Position numbers and translations under genes: made by a program. This document shows positions 37,401 to 48,916 of a stretch of 64,000 nucleotides of DNA, one piece after another. The DNA is from Tubulanus polymorphus. Lineage: Eukaryota; Animalia; Nemertea. The notes beneath the pieces were generated by a model that worked only from the letters and a program-made list of their open reading frames with translations, did no database searches and was not told where the DNA came from. The stretch lies in the NCBI RefSeq assembly GCF_964204645.1, contig NC_134033.1:1012131-1076130 (forward strand), written 5' to 3'. Every line of letters starts with the position of its first letter. Positions within the stretch are counted from its first letter, which is position 1.

Positions 37401-40400
37401 TCATTTTTTCATCGTAAACGAACCTTAATTTCGGCGGATTTTGCTGCCACTGCGTTCTCCTTTTCTATTTGTAAGTCCGCTAACCGCGTTTTAGTGTCGG
37501 CCAGTTGTTGAACGATCGCGTGTAACTCGTCGGCGAGCAGACGGCATTTTTCGGCCGATTTCTCGAAATCCGATTGAGCCGCCGTTTTTTCCTCGACCGC
37601 CGTTTCCAATTCACGTCGCAATTCTTCAATCACGCTTTCCAAATTCTGCCGTATAAAAAAATAATTCGAAAATCGTTTCAGATAATTTAGCAGTTTTTTT
37701 TCAAATTTAAAAACGTTCATTTCAAAACCAAACAATCCGTTTCGGTAAGATTTGGAGCCACCCATCCCATGGTTGTTACGAACCTGTTTAGATTGCTGCG
37801 TGATCTCGCTCTCCGACAGCTGAGCGCGGAACGTCACGATCTCCGACTTCAAACCGTCGATCATTGTCAAGTTTTCCTCTTTCTCCGCCCGAAGTTCGTC
37901 TGCCTCCTGTTGGCACAGTTCCAATTTCGCCTTCACCTCGGCGAGTTCTTTCTTGGTTTTGATGGCAACCATTTTTAATTTTCCACATTTTTCCTCCGAG
38001 GCTTTCAACGCGCTTTCAAGGTGTTGGACTCGAGCCGCGGACTCGTTGTCGGTATCCTAAAAATGAAAATCAGGGAGAAATTTTCATTAGTTGTTGTTTG
38101 AAACTTCTATGATGATGTCCTACTGCACACTAACGACACCTAGTGGATCCTCACTTGCCACAAGTGGAATCCTCTATTGCCGCAGTAGTTCATGTCCTAC
38201 TGCACAATAGCGACACCTGGTGGATCCTCACTTGCACCAAGTGGAATCCTCTATTGCTGCAGTGGTCGATGTCCTAATGCCGGCTACTGACACCTAGTGG
38301 ATCCTCACATGCCACAGTACCCCATAAACGGTTACTTACCGCAGCCTGGCGTAAAGATTCCGCCTGTTTTGATTTCACCTCGGCGAGTTCCCGTGTTAAA
38401 TCCTCAGCGCGCTCGCGCAGTTCCTGCCTCTCGGCGACCTCGCCCTGTAACCTCGCGATCAAATCTGTCTGCCCGTTAATCTCCTCTTCCCGATCGGTGA
38501 CTCGCGAACTCAAATCTGAATTTTCCGTTTGAAATCGGCTATTTTCCGACTCGAGATTCGAAGCCCGTGCTTTTAACTCTTCCAAATTCCGACTTGCCGA
38601 TTCAAATTTCTCCGCTAAACCGTCCCTCTCAGCCACGACATTCTTTATCTCATTTTCTAACCTCGCATTTTCTAGTTTCAAATCGACGCAAAGTTTTTTC
38701 AAATCGTTCGATTCGGCGGCCATTTCTTCAACGGCTGCCGTTAGCCTCTTCGCTTCGTCAGTTTTTTTCTCGAACTCATCCCGAAGCGACGCGAGCTCTT
38801 TACGACTCGAGTTAAGTTTCGTTTCTAACTCGTTCGCATTCTCTTCGCTCGTTGAGTTCGCCGCGAGTTTAAAACTCTCGAACTCTTCCGCGACGAGTTC
38901 GCTCCTCTCTTTGAGTTCGTTAAACTCGAGCTGCAATTTGTCAAGCGCCCGACATTTTGCTTCTAATTCCGTCTGCAAGTCTGCGACGACCTTCTCATGT
39001 TCCGTCTGCAAGTCTGCAACGACCTTCTCATGTTCCGTCTGCAAGTCTGCAACGACCTTAGAGTTTTCCGTCTGCAAGTTTTCGACGACCTTCGCACTTT
39101 CCTCCAAGCGCTCCTCCATCGCAGCTTTTTCGTTCATCCACGACTCTTTCTGCGATTTCATTTCGACGAGCAGTTTCTTGAACTGGCCGAGCTTGCGCTG
39201 CAACTCGGCGTTTTTCTCCGTCAACGCCGACAACTCCGACTGCAGATTCTCGCCGTTCGTTTTGCTGTCCTCCAAATCGTTCGCGATTTGATCTTTCTCC
39301 GTTTGGCACCGATCCAACTCGGTTTGTAATTTCGCGTTCGAAATCTGCTGCTCTTCGTATTTCGTCGTCCATGACAACAGATCCGTCTGCAGTTTTTCGC
39401 TCTAAAACGATTAAAATCGAAAAGATTCAAAACTCTGTCTGTTGGGATAATTCTCATCTTTATAATCAATTTACTTTGGGGAAAAATTGATTTGGTATTT
39501 GTTGAAATGTAGAAGAAATTGAATGCAGACGACTACTAGTGACACCTGGTGGATCCTCACTTGTCACAAGTGGAATCCTATATCGATGTCCTACTGCACA
39601 CTAGCGACACCTGGTGGATCCTCACTTGTCATAAGCGGAATCCTCTATTGCCGCAGTAGTCGATGTCCTACTGCACACTAGCGACACCTGGCCATCTTTC
39701 CCAGAACTATGTCATAATCACAGAAACCCAGATTGAAACTCACCTGAGACAATGTATCACACATTGACGTCATATTCTCCTTCAATTGATTGACCTCGAT
39801 CTCTAGTTCTTCACGACGCTGCAAGAGGGCGCTGTTCTCCGATTGCAGACGCTCGATTGTCGATGTACTCGACTCTTCTAGTTCTTGATATTTTGAAGTC
39901 AAATTTTCAAATTCAGTTTCCAGACCTAAAAAAAAGAACAAATACATCACGCGATGAAAACCAGTCTTCAGCCTAAATGGTGCCTGCATCCATGTGATGA
40001 TGTCATAGGGGGATTTATGAAGGCAGCCATCTTTTTAAGTCTGGACCATAAATGCTAGATTTTCCCAAGATATGCAAGAATTTTTCAGTAAACATCTCTA
40101 GCAGATTCTTTATCAAGTAATGGTCAAAAGAATTGGGTAATTTGATTTCAAAGGGGCATAAATGAACGTAGTCATTTTTCATAGAGGCTTATCTTACCGT
40201 ATTTTTCAAACCAGAATCTTTGAATATCTTTAGCAAGTGGTGATTTGATGATGTCATAGGGGGATTTGGGTAGGCAGCTATTTCTTTATAAAATCTATTT
40301 AACTAGATTTTCAAAATACTGAATTTTTCAATATTTTCAGCTTTGAATTTGATTAAACTCCACAATTCGTCGTAACTCACCCTGAAGTTTTGTTCTCAAA

Positions 40401-43400
40401 GTCTCGCAGTTTTGCTGTCCGGATTCCAGCGCTCCTTCGAGGTCGCAACGATTCGAAACGAACTCCGATTTCAACCGTTCGTTCAGTTCGCGTAGAGCAG
40501 ACGCCTCGTCGATCGACGTCTGCCGTTCGACCTTCACCACATCGCGCTCCGACTCCAAACCGGCGATCCTCTCCGTCAAAACTCCGACCTCCGCCGACAG
40601 CTTTTCGTTCTCCGCGCGCAGCTCGCTTTCGACTCGTTTCAAATTTTCGACATCGACGGCGCCCTCTTCGTTCAGTTTTTCGAGTTCGCGCTTCATCTCG
40701 GTCATCTCGGTCAGTCGAACGCGCAGCTCTTCGATCGCCCGCTCCGTCTCTTCGTTCTGACCTTTGATTTCGTCGATGCTGAATTGCAACGAGTCTTTCT
40801 CGGACATCGCGTCCGCGATCGTTTGATTCAACGTTTCGATTCGACCGATCATCGAGTTGTCCTTGTCGGTCAGTTTGCAGACGGCGTCGCGGAGATGATC
40901 GCGTTCGTGTAGCGCTTCGTGTAGCGCGCGCGTCGTATCGTCCAGTTCGGCTTGCAGCGCGCGTTCTTGCTCTTCGACCTCGGCGACGCGCTCGGTCACG
41001 CGTTGATTCTCGGCGTTCAACAGAACGAACGTTTGTTCCCAGTCGTCGAATCGTTTCTCCGCCTGTTCCAGCGTCGTTTCGGCGCGTTGTTTCTGTTGAC
41101 CGATCGTATCGATTTGACTCCACAATTCTTTCTCTTTGAGCTCGTGTTTTTCGACGAGTTTTTTGTAGTGGATTATTTCGTTTCTTAAATCCTCGTCGGA
41201 ATTTGGCACCTCGACCGAGGCATCCTCAGTGGATTGACCCTGAACCTCGGAAGATTGACACGGTGGAACCTCGGCAGACGGATCCAAAACATCAGCAGAT
41301 TGACCCTGAACCTCGACAGATTGACCTTCAACCTCAGCAGACGGATCCTGAACTTCAGCAGACGGATCTAAAACTTTCTGTTTTTCTTCCGAACTCTCGA
41401 CAATTGCATCTTGCTCGACTAGTTGAGGCAGTAACTCTTCTAAACCGCTACAAATCTCGATTATCTCCTGACTGAAAGTTTCCCGAGCGCGACAAAGTTC
41501 CACTTTATGGAATAGAACTTGTATCTGCTTAACGCACGTCTGCACGAGCACGTTCGTCGTGCGGTGGCGCCCTCCGGCGGTCGAATTCGTCGCCAACTCG
41601 ACTCTCAACTGCGCGATCAATTCCTTCAATGATTTATTCTCCCAAACGACGGCTTCGAGTTCGTTCTGAGTTTCTTGAACTCGTCGCTGCAGCATCGCGT
41701 ACCGATCTAAAACTCGCTGGCGTTGAGTTACCTCGCGTTCCCCGCGTTCCACCTCCTCGATTCCGTCTGCCGCCGCGACGATATCGCCCTCAGTCTGCTC
41801 GGACGTCGAATACGTCTGCCCGGCGATACTCTTCAAACTCTCCGCCGCGGCGACGTCCTCGCGAAGCGCCTTCTGCTTCTCCAACGCCTCCAAACTTTCG
41901 ACGAATCGCTCCAACTCGACGACCTTCGCGCGGAGTTCTACGTTCTCCGTCTGCAACATCGCGTTCGCCTCCGCGATTTCCGCCGTTCTTTCCGCCGACG
42001 TCGACGACAATTTCTCCGCCTCCAAATGTTCGCAACGTCGCATCAACTCCGAGCACGCTTTCTCCGTTCTGGCGATCGTTTCGTTCAACTGAACGTTATC
42101 GCTCTCCAGTTTATTCACCTGCCCGATGAATTTATCCATTTCCGCTTCCATATTTTCGATTTCGTCCCTCAGTCGAGATTTCTCCTGTTCTAACGCGACG
42201 ATTTTCTCAATTTCCGATGATTCGGAATCTCGCTCACGATTCTCTAACTCGGCGCGACGTGATTCTAATTTCGAATTCTCCGCGACCAACGAATTTCGCG
42301 TCGCTTCGTTTTCGTTCAACTTTTCGTCCAATTCGTCGTTTTTCGAACGCATTTCGGAAATCTTTTCGTTCAATTCAACAATTTCCGACTTCAAATTCTC
42401 GACCTGTTCGGAAACCTCCTCGAATTTCGCCTCGACGACCTTTTTCTCGCTGGTCTCCGCTTCTAACCGTAATTTCAAACTCTCCGCGTTCTCGTCGCGT
42501 TCCTCTACGGTGCATTTCAGAATTTCGATCTCGTTTTCGCGCGATTCGATCGCGTTCTTCAGCTCTGCTCGTTCCTCTTCGCGGTCGGCGACATTTTTAC
42601 CAAACTTTTCTTCCAATTCGCTCAAATCCGATCGAATCTTTTCGTTTTCGAGCGTTTTCTCTTCGAGACGAGCTTTCAACTCGTCCGTCTGCTGGTTCAA
42701 CTTGTTCAACTCATCCGTCTGCTGGTTCAACTGTTCCGTCTGCCAAGCGCCGTCTGTTACATCGACGGATTTCTCTTTTTCGTCGGTCAGATTCTGCACC
42801 CACAACTCGAGCGCGTCGTTTCGCTGGTTCAGCTCGTCGATTTCCGTTTTAGAATCGCTCAGACGTTTTTGCAGCAAATCTCGCTCGTCTTCGATCGTCA
42901 TCAACTGAAAATTCGAATCTAAATTTTCAAAAATCGAATTCAGATACTGGTCCATTACTTAATTCAATGGCCTTGTTGCAGTTGTGTACGAATACAGTCT
43001 TGAAAAGTTATTAGTCTTAACCTTTTCACTGCAGCGCAGTGTATTAATGCGGTGTATTGATTTTTATAAGTAGTTCTTATCTATTGGAAGATGGCAACAC
43101 CTGCCAAATATACTGACATACAAGCAACTAACAATACACCGCACTACGGTGCTGACACACTATAGTGGTGTGCCTGTTACTCAACATATTGGGAGGAATC
43201 GCTTTAAATTTTCAAATTATCTCCAGTACTTTTTGGGTATTGATTACCCTAGCTGCGAATTCTAATAAATTGAAAAAAAAAATCTTAACATACCTTTTCG
43301 GTGAGCATTTGTTTCTCCGCGATTTCAAGCTCTTTCTCCTTCAACGTAACGTCGCGTTGCTCCTGTATATCCTTCATCAATCCGGTCGCCGAATCCAAAC

Positions 43401-46400
43401 GCTCCTTCAAATTACCGCTCGACTGGCGAAACACGGCGAAGTCCTTATCCGTGTTTTCCTTTTCGTTTTTCAGTTTTTCGAATTTCAGCGCCAGTTCGTC
43501 GTTTTCACCTTCGATCTCTTTGATGTATTCGAGCATTTCGCGTTTCTGTTCGGTCAACGCTTCGAATTTCTCTTTAACGGCGAGAAGTTCGGTTTTTTCC
43601 TGCTCCAACGCTCCGACCGTCTTCTCCAGTTCCTACAATGCCAAAAGCCAAAAATCTCATTCCGCGCTCATAATTAATGGCTCTGTGGACGGTTTCACAA
43701 ATCTAATTTCAACGTTTTAACCCTTTCAGTGCGTCTATGCCGCAGTGCGGTGTATAAATCAGATAGATTTTGCTAGTACACCGCACTGTGGTGTATTGAT
43801 GTAATTAGTAATTAGTAAATATCTCTACTCAAAAATGGCAGCACTTGTCAGACATAGTGAAATACTAGTAACTAACGATACACCGCGCCGCGGTGTAGAC
43901 GCACTATAGTGGTATTCCTGTTATTCAACACACTAGGGTGGAATTTTTCCAAATTTTCAAATTATCTCCAGCACTATAGGGTATTAACTAGTCAGCAATG
44001 AAAGGGTTAAAAAGAAAAATTTCAAAATCTACCGACCTCGATTTTCACAACCGTCTCCGACACCGACGCTTTCAACGTATCGTTTTCCAGACGTAGCTCG
44101 TCGAATTGTTGATCGTTTTGACCGCTAGGTGGCGCTGCCGCGTGTTTCACCGATTTCAACGATTCTAACATGTCGTCGCGAGCTTTCGTTAATAATTCAA
44201 CTTCGTCTTTTAATTCCTGGCGATCGCAAACAAAAAACGGGCGTAAAATTCAAGAAATCGAAGAGATTCAGTAACATACAGGACCCGGTTCCGAAATATT
44301 GTGAGTTAGAATTTGACACAGAGTTGACTCATTGAAAATGAATTAACTTTAACTCAGAGTTAACTCTCACTCACAACTGTGGAACTGGATCCTGGGTTCT
44401 TAAAGATCAATGACCATCATTTCCCTGACCCTTGACAAAGATTAAATTATAAGATATCCTCAGTGAGGGCTGTTTCTTATCAAGAGGTTCCTTGGGTCAC
44501 TCGTCACCAGCAAGAACAACAAGACACCAAAAATTCAAATTCCCTGATTAAATTATAAGATATCCTCAGTGAGGGCTGTTTGTTGTCATGAGGTTCATTG
44601 TGTCACTCGTCACCAGCAAGAACAACAAGACACTAAAAATTCAAATTCCCTGATTAAATTATAAGATATCCTCAGTGAGGGCAGATTCTTAATCAAGAGG
44701 TTCCTTGTGTCACTCGTCACCAGCAAGAACAAGACACCAAAAATTCAAATTCCCTGATTAAATTATAAGATGTCCTCAGTGAGGGCTGTTTCTTATCAAG
44801 AGGTTCCTTGTGTCACTTGTCACCATCAAGAACAAGACACCAAAAATTCAAATTCCCTAATGAGATTACAAGATATCCTCAATTAGGGCTGTTTGTTGTC
44901 ATGAGGTTCCTTGGGTCACTCGTCACCAGCAAGAACAACAAGACACCAAATATTCAAATTCCCTGATTAAATTTTAAGATATCCTCAGTGAGGGCTGTTT
45001 CTGTACAAGAGCTTCCTTGTGTCACTTGTCACCATCAAGAACAAGATATTTTTAAAGAAAGAGTAAAAATTCCCTTATATAAATCTCAATAATCCTTGAT
45101 CTGTAGGAACCCTAATTATTTTTCGTACTGACCTTGTTTTCTTTCGTGGAATTTTCCTGTTCTTGTTGTAAACATTGAAACGTCGACATTAAAGTTTCAG
45201 TTTTCATCGTCATACAATCCATCTGTTCCGTCAACGCCTTTGAAAACCAGAAAACAAAAATATCATTTCGGTGAACAATATTTAAACAGGGTGGCGCCAC
45301 CTTGATTTGAATTGCTTTTTCCCAGACTATTCCCTGTCATGCACGCAGTTTCCCCTGAAGATCTGCTAAGAATCCAATCAATTAAAACAGTCAAATACGT
45401 GTAAAACATAGACAGAAACTCTTGGATTTTACATGCGATCTATCTAACCAAATTTCCCTGTTTATTCTCTGACATGCATGTTGTTTTCCCTGACTTGATC
45501 TGCTAAGAATTCAATCAATAAACACAGTCAAATATGTTAAACATAGACGGAAACTGCTTGATTTTACGCGCAATCTAACAATCTCAAAACATTTCCCTGA
45601 ACTAAAAACATTTTTTTTACAAAATTCCCAGTCTTTTTTTAAGACTTTGCCCACATTTCTGATTGCCAGGTAAGTGGCGCCACCCTGTGTTTGTTAACAG
45701 TTTCTCTGATTCGGATATATTTCGAATTTCATCCAATCATTCTGTAAACTTCCGATTTCATCCATTTAAGTTTTAATATCCCGTTTCCAATAATTCCTTA
45801 CCTTGTTGTCATGCGTCAATTTCTTCAATTGTTCGTTCAAATCGTCTTTGTCAGATTTTTCCGCCTCTAACCTCGACTCCAACTCCTGCAACATTTCAAA
45901 TATTTCAATCGAATATTATATTTCATTTAAAAAATTTATCAGTTGAGAATCACAATATCAACCGTGATAAGACTCGATGAGTTAAAAATTCCACAACGTG
46001 TGAACAAATCTAAAAATGTTTATTTAACAATTAAAAATATTTCAGGTGGTTACTACCACCCTTCTTTAGTCTAAAATGGCTTGCAAAAAAAAATTATTTC
46101 TAATTTTCAAATTAACTTTTTAAAATCGCTCGAAAATTGTGGGATTTTCTACTCATTGTATCTTAAAAATGCTTATAATCGTAAAGGTCAAATTTTTGGC
46201 CGGAGTCAAAGACAGACCTGGTATTCTTGTAGGTATCGCTCTTGCGCCTGTTGAGACTGACTGTACGCTGCTTTTAATTCATCGCGTTCCGATTTCATCA
46301 CTTCATACTCAGATTTCATCATCTAAACACGAAACCAATCATTCAAATTTTTTCGAGAAAAAAAAAATAAAATGGGTTTAATTCGACCCCCTAAACCAAT

Positions 46401-47373
46401 TCCACAAGTAAATGGGTCCAATATAAGTTCCACATTTCCACAATGAAAGGTTCAATTTGACCTCTTAACCAAGTTGCCCGATAGCGTGGATACGAAGTTA
46501 GTTCCACAAACCCCCCTAACTGTCGGACCGTCATAGGTTGATATTTTCTGTATTGACCTTATAATGCATTTCAGTCTGTTTATCGCCGCTTGCTGTCGAA
46601 CTTTCATCTTTTTTCTGTTGTGCCAGTTTATTCGTAAGATCTGCAAAAAACAAAATATTAATTAGATTAATTTCAAAAATGTTCTTTGAATCAAATCATT
46701 ACTTCGATAATTATGATAATAGGCCCTGCAGAGAGATTCTATTCAACGGTTCTCCATGAAGCTAACCGGGACTGGTTTAAATAGGGCGCCACTTTTATTT
46801 GACTAGCTTTCTTTCCCTGACTATTTCCTGACATGCTGGTTGTTTTCCCTGAATTGATCTGCTAAGAATCCGATCAATTAACACAGTCAAATTCATAAGA
46901 CATAGACGCAAACTGTTTGATCTTACACGCGATCAAACAATCTCAACAAATCTCCAAGACTATCCCTTGATTTTTAGCTTTTTTTCTTACAAAATTGCAC
47001 GGTTTTCCCCCACTTTTTTAAAGAAAAGAAAATTCCCTGATTTCCAGGTAGGGCCGAGTGGTCACCACCCGGTCTCCTAGCAGGGTCGACACAAACAGCT
47101 CGATTTAAACCTAGTGCCGCCGTTAAACCTACCCTGAACCTTCGCTTTCAATTTCTGTTGCATGAGAACTTGTTTCTTCGTGAATTTGATCAAATCATCT
47201 TTCGACAGAGATTCCAGCTGGAAAACAAAAAATACCGACAGAGCCGTCCGTTAAAACTTGAAGAAAATAAAAGAACAACATCTCACATTAGCGGACGCGT
47301 AGGTACTTACTTTTCCGGAGGCGCCGCTTTTACCGCCACCTGGTGGGGTATCGGGTTGTTGAGGTTCGGCCAT
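31474..47373 (-). CDS. GCC2: GRIP and coiled-coil domain-containing protein 2 (GCC185 golgin), about 2395 aa, 29 coding exons
   Basis: Phase-consistent GT-AG exons: 47311-47373, 47133-47217, 46558-46640, 46218-46322, 45802-45885, 45133-45237, 44037-44216, 43294-43632, 40381-42904, 39744-39925, 38340-39401, 37784-38056, 37424-37645, 37255-37341, 36602-36727, 36172-36334, 35627-35805, 35162-35341, 35006-35082, 34862-34915, 34440-34562, 34239-34341, 33665-33919, 33366-33395, 33179-33248, 32997-33091, 32269-32412, 31641-31749, 31474-31559 (7188 nt). Signatures: KLESLSKDDLIKF, LMDLEMADYER, YKIRVHSVLKQQK, EEIRRLERNQERE, GRIP domain NMEYLKNIILKF..LIPVLTTMLKLSPDE, C-terminus GWTSYLHRWSGLT. Confidence 0.93.
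31820..32290. repeat. 68-bp tandem repeat, 7 copies, containing a GCC2 exon end and its 5' splice site
   Basis: CCTTGAGAATGA at 31860, 31928, 31996, 32064, 32132, 32200 and 32268. Confidence 0.95.
35395..35607. repeat. ACTGTGGAACTGG-family 20/40-bp tandem repeat
   Basis: AACTGTGGAACTGGATCCAG alternating with a variant unit. Confidence 0.9.
35850..36190. repeat. ~30-bp tandem repeat, about 11 copies, containing a GCC2 exon end and donor
   Basis: GTGATTTTACTGACCTAGTTTACAGTGACC units running into exon 36172-36334. Confidence 0.92.
36784..37139. mobile_element. Cluster of adjacent or nested short MITEs
   Basis: CAGGGGCTAGTTTTATAGAC...GTCTATGAAACCAGCCCCTG outer ends; inner element 36886-37025 with GGGCCGGTTGCA / TGCAACCGGGCCC. 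Confidence 0.7.
38115..38320. repeat. ~78-bp repeat bearing CTCF-like cores (also 39530-39690)
   Basis: GTCCTACTGCACACTAGCGACACCTRGTGGATCCTCACTTG. Confidence 0.85.
43021..43255 (+). mobile_element. Degenerate piggyBac-like MITE copy
   Basis: TTAA|CCTTTTCA start, with AAGATGGCAACACCTG and TTCAAATTATCTCCAG shared with 43721-44006. Confidence 0.7.
43721..44006 (+). mobile_element. piggyBac-like MITE (286 bp, unexpanded copy)
   Basis: TTAA TSD on both sides, CCCTTTCA / TGAAAGGG TIRs. Confidence 0.9.
44281..44392. mobile_element. Short MITE, probable monomer of the ACTGTGGAACTGG family
   Basis: GGACCCGGTTCC..TTGTGAGTTAGA...ACTCACAACTGTGGAACTGGATCC inverted ends. Confidence 0.65.
44423..45050. 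repeat. ~105-bp satellite, about 6 copies
   Basis: TTAAATTATAAGATATCCTCAGTGAGGGCTG...GTCACTCGTCACCAGCAAGAAC units. Confidence 0.95.
45287..45687. mobile_element. hAT-like MITE with CAGGGTGGCGCCAC TIRs
   Basis: Perfect 14-bp TIR. Related degenerate copies near 46782-47072, 51764-51945 and 53545-54050. Confidence 0.75.
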
Positions 47374-48817
47374 CGCGTCGCCCCAACCTTCCGATTTACT
47401 CTACAAATGAATAAAATATTGATGAGGATGAATTTAACTAAATAGTTCCATGGCTGAATAATTTCACAAGCCATCCAAAAATGCTTACCACCAACGATTA
47501 GGTCACTTGCAGGGGTCATTTGTGCCACGTTTTGTGGGGAGGGGGGCCAAAATGTTCTTGAAATCTTGTGAATGCTTTTTAAATTCAACTACCCATTTTG
47601 TTCGTTTTAGCCACTGATAGCGAAGCCAAGCAAGGGCCGCCAGTTTTTTTATAGTGTTACCTTGAACTTACCGAATGGACAACTGAGACCCGGGGCCCGA
47701 GACCGAGTGGCTTGGGTAAATTAAGTTACCAAATCCCTGACCTAATTCATGGCTTCATGACGTTTGCAAAGTATCGAATTCAACTCTGGTTAATTGATGA
47801 ATCCAAAAGGAAGTCCAACAAGAAAGGCCTGCCAGATCGGCAAATTTTGACAGATGGATATTTTTAGACAGTTTTGACAGGTTCAATCAACTGAAATACT
47901 TACTGTCATTACTCTGTCGGGTTTTCTCTTGGTTTCTCTAATTTAGTTCAATCCTGTCAAACGTTCGAATTAAGTTAAATCCAACAGAATCGATGGAAAC
48001 ATAGGGACTTTCGATTTGACGTGTCGGTGATGTCAAACTCGGTGGAATGCGCTATTCACCGGTCGACGGACCCATCGCGGCTTCGTTAAATCGGGATTCG
48101 AACCCGCTGCGTCGTGCTTGAGGATCTAAATGCATGAACTACTTATGAAATAGCGGGATTGGAAAATATGTCTTTTACAACAGAAAATGACTTCAAGACT
48201 ATCAAACGTTTCCATGACAGAATCTTTTTGCTTAGTTACAAATTATTTAGATGATCTATTGAGATCTAGATCATTGAATATAAATAATCACTTTTTCTTG
48301 AGCTTCGACACTTCGACCATAAGTTCTAGTTGTGGATTATAAACGTTATGAACTTTTGACGAACTGTTGGAACAGAAAAATTCCTAAATTTCACTACTAA
48401 CCCGTCAAACTTTAACATAAAATTAATTAATTTAAGATATGTAATTCATTACACATATATTCTCCAATTAAGATGTATTTACAAAACCATTTGCTCAATC
48501 TTGACCTTCGATATTTCGTGTATGAGTTCTGGCTGGAGATATAACGTTAAGAACCATTAGCGAAATGTCGGAATCGGATAATTCCTCAAATCTAGCGTAA
48601 ATAGACAATAATCAATCAAAAACATATTTAAAACTTTATAAAATACATAGAAATGATTAATAGGATATATATTGTGTTATTATTCTAAAGAATTGAAAAA
48701 ATCCCGACTAAATCGATCTTCAACGCTTCGCTTTTGAGTTTGTTCGGTAAATGTACTGTATAGACTGGTTGCCTGTCCCATTCGAGACCGATAACCAGTC
48801 TAATATAGTGTGTTGGA

Positions 48818-48836
48818 CCAATGAAATGAGCCCACG
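48818..48836 (+). promoter_or_regulatory. ER stress response element (ERSE)
   Basis: CCAAT-GAAATGAGC-CCACG, an exact CCAAT-N9-CCACG, ending 80 nt upstream of the DNAJC3 ATG. Confidence 0.85.
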
Positions 48837-48916
48837 ATCTATGTACTAGTTTACACATCTAGTACACATCAGTAGTTGTTTCAGTACCGTGGTGCCATCA
48901 AAAGATATTCAGGGTA

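Noticed and set aside
38297-43720. Many plus-strand and alternate-frame ORFs
   Set aside because: Antisense or frame shadows of the GCC2 coiled-coil exons.
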